Origin: a bacterium
Lineage (GTDB): Bacteria; Patescibacteriota; Minisyncoccia; Phycocordibacterales; Phycocordibacteraceae
DNA: 64,000 nt
Direction of reading: 5' to 3'
Assembly (NCBI GenBank): GCA_037200965.1
Contig: JBBCGK010000001.1
Span: forward strand, 32,001-96,000
The notes under the pieces: generated by a model
The model's input: only the letters and a program-made list of their open reading frames with translations
Databases searched by the model: none
Told to the model about the DNA's origin: nothing
In this document: one piece after another, positions 61,846 through 64,000 of the stretch
Numbering within the stretch: the stretch's first letter is position 1
How the letters are laid out: each line of letters begins with the position of its first letter
Made by a program: the position numbers and the translations under genes

Positions 61846-63750
61846 ATGATCGTTTCCGAAGTGCGAAGCCGATATTTGAAATTCTTCGAGAAGCGCGGAC
61901 ACGCGATCATCCCGAGCGCGCCCATCGTTCCCGGGAACGACCCCACCACCTTGTTTACCAGTAGCGGCATGCAGCCCCTCGTTCCGTACCTTCTCGGCAA
62001 AGACCATCCGGCCGGGAAACGCGTCGCGAATTCCCAGATGAGTTTCCGCGCGGGAGACATCGAGGAAGTGGGTGATAACCGCCACACGACATTCTTCGAA
62101 ATGCTCGGCAACTGGTCGCTCGGCGACTATTTCAAGAAGGAGCAGCTTCCGTGGTTCTTCGAATTCCTCACAAGCGCGGAAGAAGGACTCGGGCTCGATC
62201 CCGCGAAGCTCTATGTCACCGTTTTCGCAGGCGACAAAGAGGCTGGAATGGAGGCCGATATGGAAGCGGTCGGAATATGGAAGGAGCTTTTCAAAACCAA
62301 GGGGATCGATGCGGCGTTCTCGGATATAGGAAGCGAAGAGGCGGGGTATGAAAAAGGAATGGGTCCGAACGACCGTATCTTTGCCTATGACGCGAAGAAA
62401 AATTGGTGGAGCAGGGCGGGGGTTCCGGCGAACATGCCTCCCGGAGAACCCGGCGGCCCGGATTCCGAAGTCTTCTACGACTTCGGGCTTCCTCATGACC
62501 CGAAATGGGGTCCGAACTGCCATCCAAACTGCGACTGCGGTCGTTTCGTCGAGATCGGGAACTCGGTCTTCATGCAGTTTATCAAGAACCCCGACGGATC
62601 GTTCTCGAACCTTCCGAAGCAGAACGTCGACTTCGGCGGGGGCCTCGAGCGGCTCACGTTCGCCACGCTTGGCACCCCGGACGCTTTCCTCATCGATGTC
62701 TTCGACGCGGCGCGGACAGTGCTTGAGTCCAGGACCGGGAAGAAATACGCGGAAGAAGAGAGCGTGACGCGCTCGATGCGCATTATCCTCGATCATATGC
62801 GCGCCGCGTCCTTCATGCTCGCGGAAGGCGTTACCCCTTCGAACACCGAGGCGGGGTACGTACTTCGCCGTCTTATCCGCCGCGCGATACGTGAAGCCGA
62901 CCGGCTCGGAATCAAGGACGCAGTGCTCGCGGATGTAGCTAAAGGATACGGCGAGGCGTATGCGGGACAGTATCCTCATGTGCTCGCCGCAAGCGAGGCG
63001 ATCCGGGATGATCTCGCGAAAGAAGAGGAGCGGTTCCGCAAGACGCTCGCAGGAGGCATGCGGGAGCTTGAGAAGATGGGGAGCGACATCGATGCTTTTA
63101 CCCTCTTCACTTCCTATGGCTTTCCGCTCGAACTCACCGAGGAGATCGCGAAGGAACGCGGCATCGCGCTTGATATGAAGAAAGTGAACGAACAGATGAC
63201 CAAGCATCAGGAAGAATCCCGCGCGGGAGGCGCGCAGCGTTTCGCCGGAGGACTTGCCGACCATTCGGAACAGACGGTCAAATACCACACCGCGCACCAC
63301 CTTCTCCTTGCGGCGCTTCAGAAAGTTCTCGGGCCTGACGTGAAGCAGCGGGGAAGCAATATCACGAGCGAGCGCCTGCGCATCGATTTTTCATACGGAC
63401 AGAAGGTGACGCCGGAGCAGCTTACGGAAGCCGAGGACATTGTGAACGAGATCACCGCGCAGGAACTGCCGGTGACAAGAACGGTGATGCCGAAGGAAGA
63501 GGCCGAGAAGCTCGGCGCACAAATGGAATTCGGGGTGAAATATCCGGATATGGTCTCGGTATATTCCGTGGGGCCAAAAGATGCGACCGAGGCTGACCCG
63601 AAGATCGGCGAAGCATTTTCGCTTGAGTTCTGCGGCGGGCCGCACGTGGCAAACACGAGAGAGCTTGGCGAAGGCGGAAAGCGCTTCAAGATCCAGAAGG
63701 AGGAGGCTTCCTCCGCAGGAGTCCGCCGCATCAAAGCAGTGCTTGCATAA
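61846..63750 (+). CDS. alaS: alanine--tRNA ligase, short form lacking the C-terminal C-Ala domain
   Basis: Class II catalytic core (FTSSGMQP, ...) and editing-domain HTAHHLL motif. Ends after the editing domain at 634 aa. Confidence 0.85.
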   Translation: MIVSEVRSRYLKFFEKRGHAIIPSAPIVPGNDPTTLFTSSGMQPLVPYLLGKDHPAGKRVANSQMSFRAGDIEEVGDNRHTTFFEMLGNWSLGDYFKKEQLPWFFEFLTSAEEGLGLDPAKLYVTVFAGDKEAGMEADMEAVGIWKELFKTKGIDAAFSDIGSEEAGYEKGMGPNDRIFAYDAKKNWWSRAGVPANMPPGEPGGPDSEVFYDFGLPHDPKWGPNCHPNCDCGRFVEIGNSVFMQFIKNPDGSFSNLPKQNVDFGGGLERLTFATLGTPDAFLIDVFDAARTVLESRTGKKYAEEESVTRSMRIILDHMRAASFMLAEGVTPSNTEAGYVLRRLIRRAIREADRLGIKDAVLADVAKGYGEAYAGQYPHVLAASEAIRDDLAKEEERFRKTLAGGMRELEKMGSDIDAFTLFTSYGFPLELTEEIAKERGIALDMKKVNEQMTKHQEESRAGGAQRFAGGLADHSEQTVKYHTAHHLLLAALQKVLGPDVKQRGSNITSERLRIDFSYGQKVTPEQLTEAEDIVNEITAQELPVTRTVMPKEEAEKLGAQMEFGVKYPDMVSVYSVGPKDATEADPKIGEAFSLEFCGGPHVANTRELGEGGKRFKIQKEEASSAGVRRIKAVLA

Positions 63751-63799
63751 CGGGCGTGATATACTTTCAAGCGTTATCTAACGCATAATCATCGTACCT

Positions 63800-64000
63800 A
63801 TGCCGCGAACCCTTAACGACATCATCCCGCCCTCGCGCAGGCGCAAGATGGAAGAGGAAGGCGCGCTTCCCCCGGAAGCTTCATACCGGCAGGCTCCGCC
63901 TCCGCAGCAGCCGATGTACGGCGGCCCGTCCCCGCGCCGCTTCCCGTACGCGACCGCGCTCATCGCGCTCGTCATCATCGCCCTTTCGGTGGGTGCACTC
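63800..64000 (+). CDS. hypothetical protein, 5' partial (runs off the window end)
   Basis: ATG at 63800. Pro/Ala-rich then a hydrophobic segment. No stop before 64000. Confidence 0.25.
   Translation, partial: MPRTLNDIIPPSRRRKMEEEGALPPEASYRQAPPPQQPMYGGPSPRRFPYATALIALVIIALSVGAL

Overview
This is a high-GC bacterial chromosomal segment. A DNA-repair cluster is followed by an integrative island. The repair cluster is uvrB, a histidine kinase/response regulator pair, uvrA, uvrC and ddl. After the island come a tRNA-rich region, a complete F1Fo ATP synthase operon, ychF, leuS, mnmA, ung, an M13 peptidase and alaS. The chromosomal genes show reduced-genome traits: a very short delta-like ATP synthase subunit, a short AlaRS and a SWIB-domain protein.

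The island is inserted at the 3' end of tRNA-Ala(UGC) and runs from about 10.98 kb to about 26.9 kb. It opens with a large serine recombinase and a tyrosine recombinase in tandem, plus a small excisionase-like helix-turn-helix (HTH) protein. Its GC content is visibly lower than the flanks.

The island's cargo is one tightly coupled five-gene operon. In order, it encodes an excisionase-type HTH protein, a Type III restriction-modification Mod methyltransferase, a Type III Res helicase-endonuclease, a 1030-aa caspase-like (C14) protease fused to a Hel308/Ski2-like DExH helicase, and a membrane-anchored S49 (SppA-like) serine peptidase. The caspase-helicase plus S49 protease pairing riding on a Type III R-M does not match any defence system I know. 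It is the main candidate for an undescribed system in this window.

Secondary points:
- Two identical IS30-family insertion sequences lie about 43 kb apart; the first is cut by the window edge and abuts a frameshifted IS5-like transposase.
- A MazF/PemK-like gene is translationally coupled inside the ATP synthase operon, between atpG and atpD.
- LeuS carries an embedded NUDIX hydrolase domain.
- The second IS30 copy and ychF are separated by a promoter, roughly 265 nt of structured sequence and a terminator.
- There are three tRNA-Ala isoacceptors and two tandem tRNA-Pro genes.
- A truncated second serine recombinase sits beside an AT-rich stretch at the likely right edge of the island.

Coordinates I counted by hand from the line labels may be off by 1-2 nt. 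CDS boundaries follow the ORF track where one was available.
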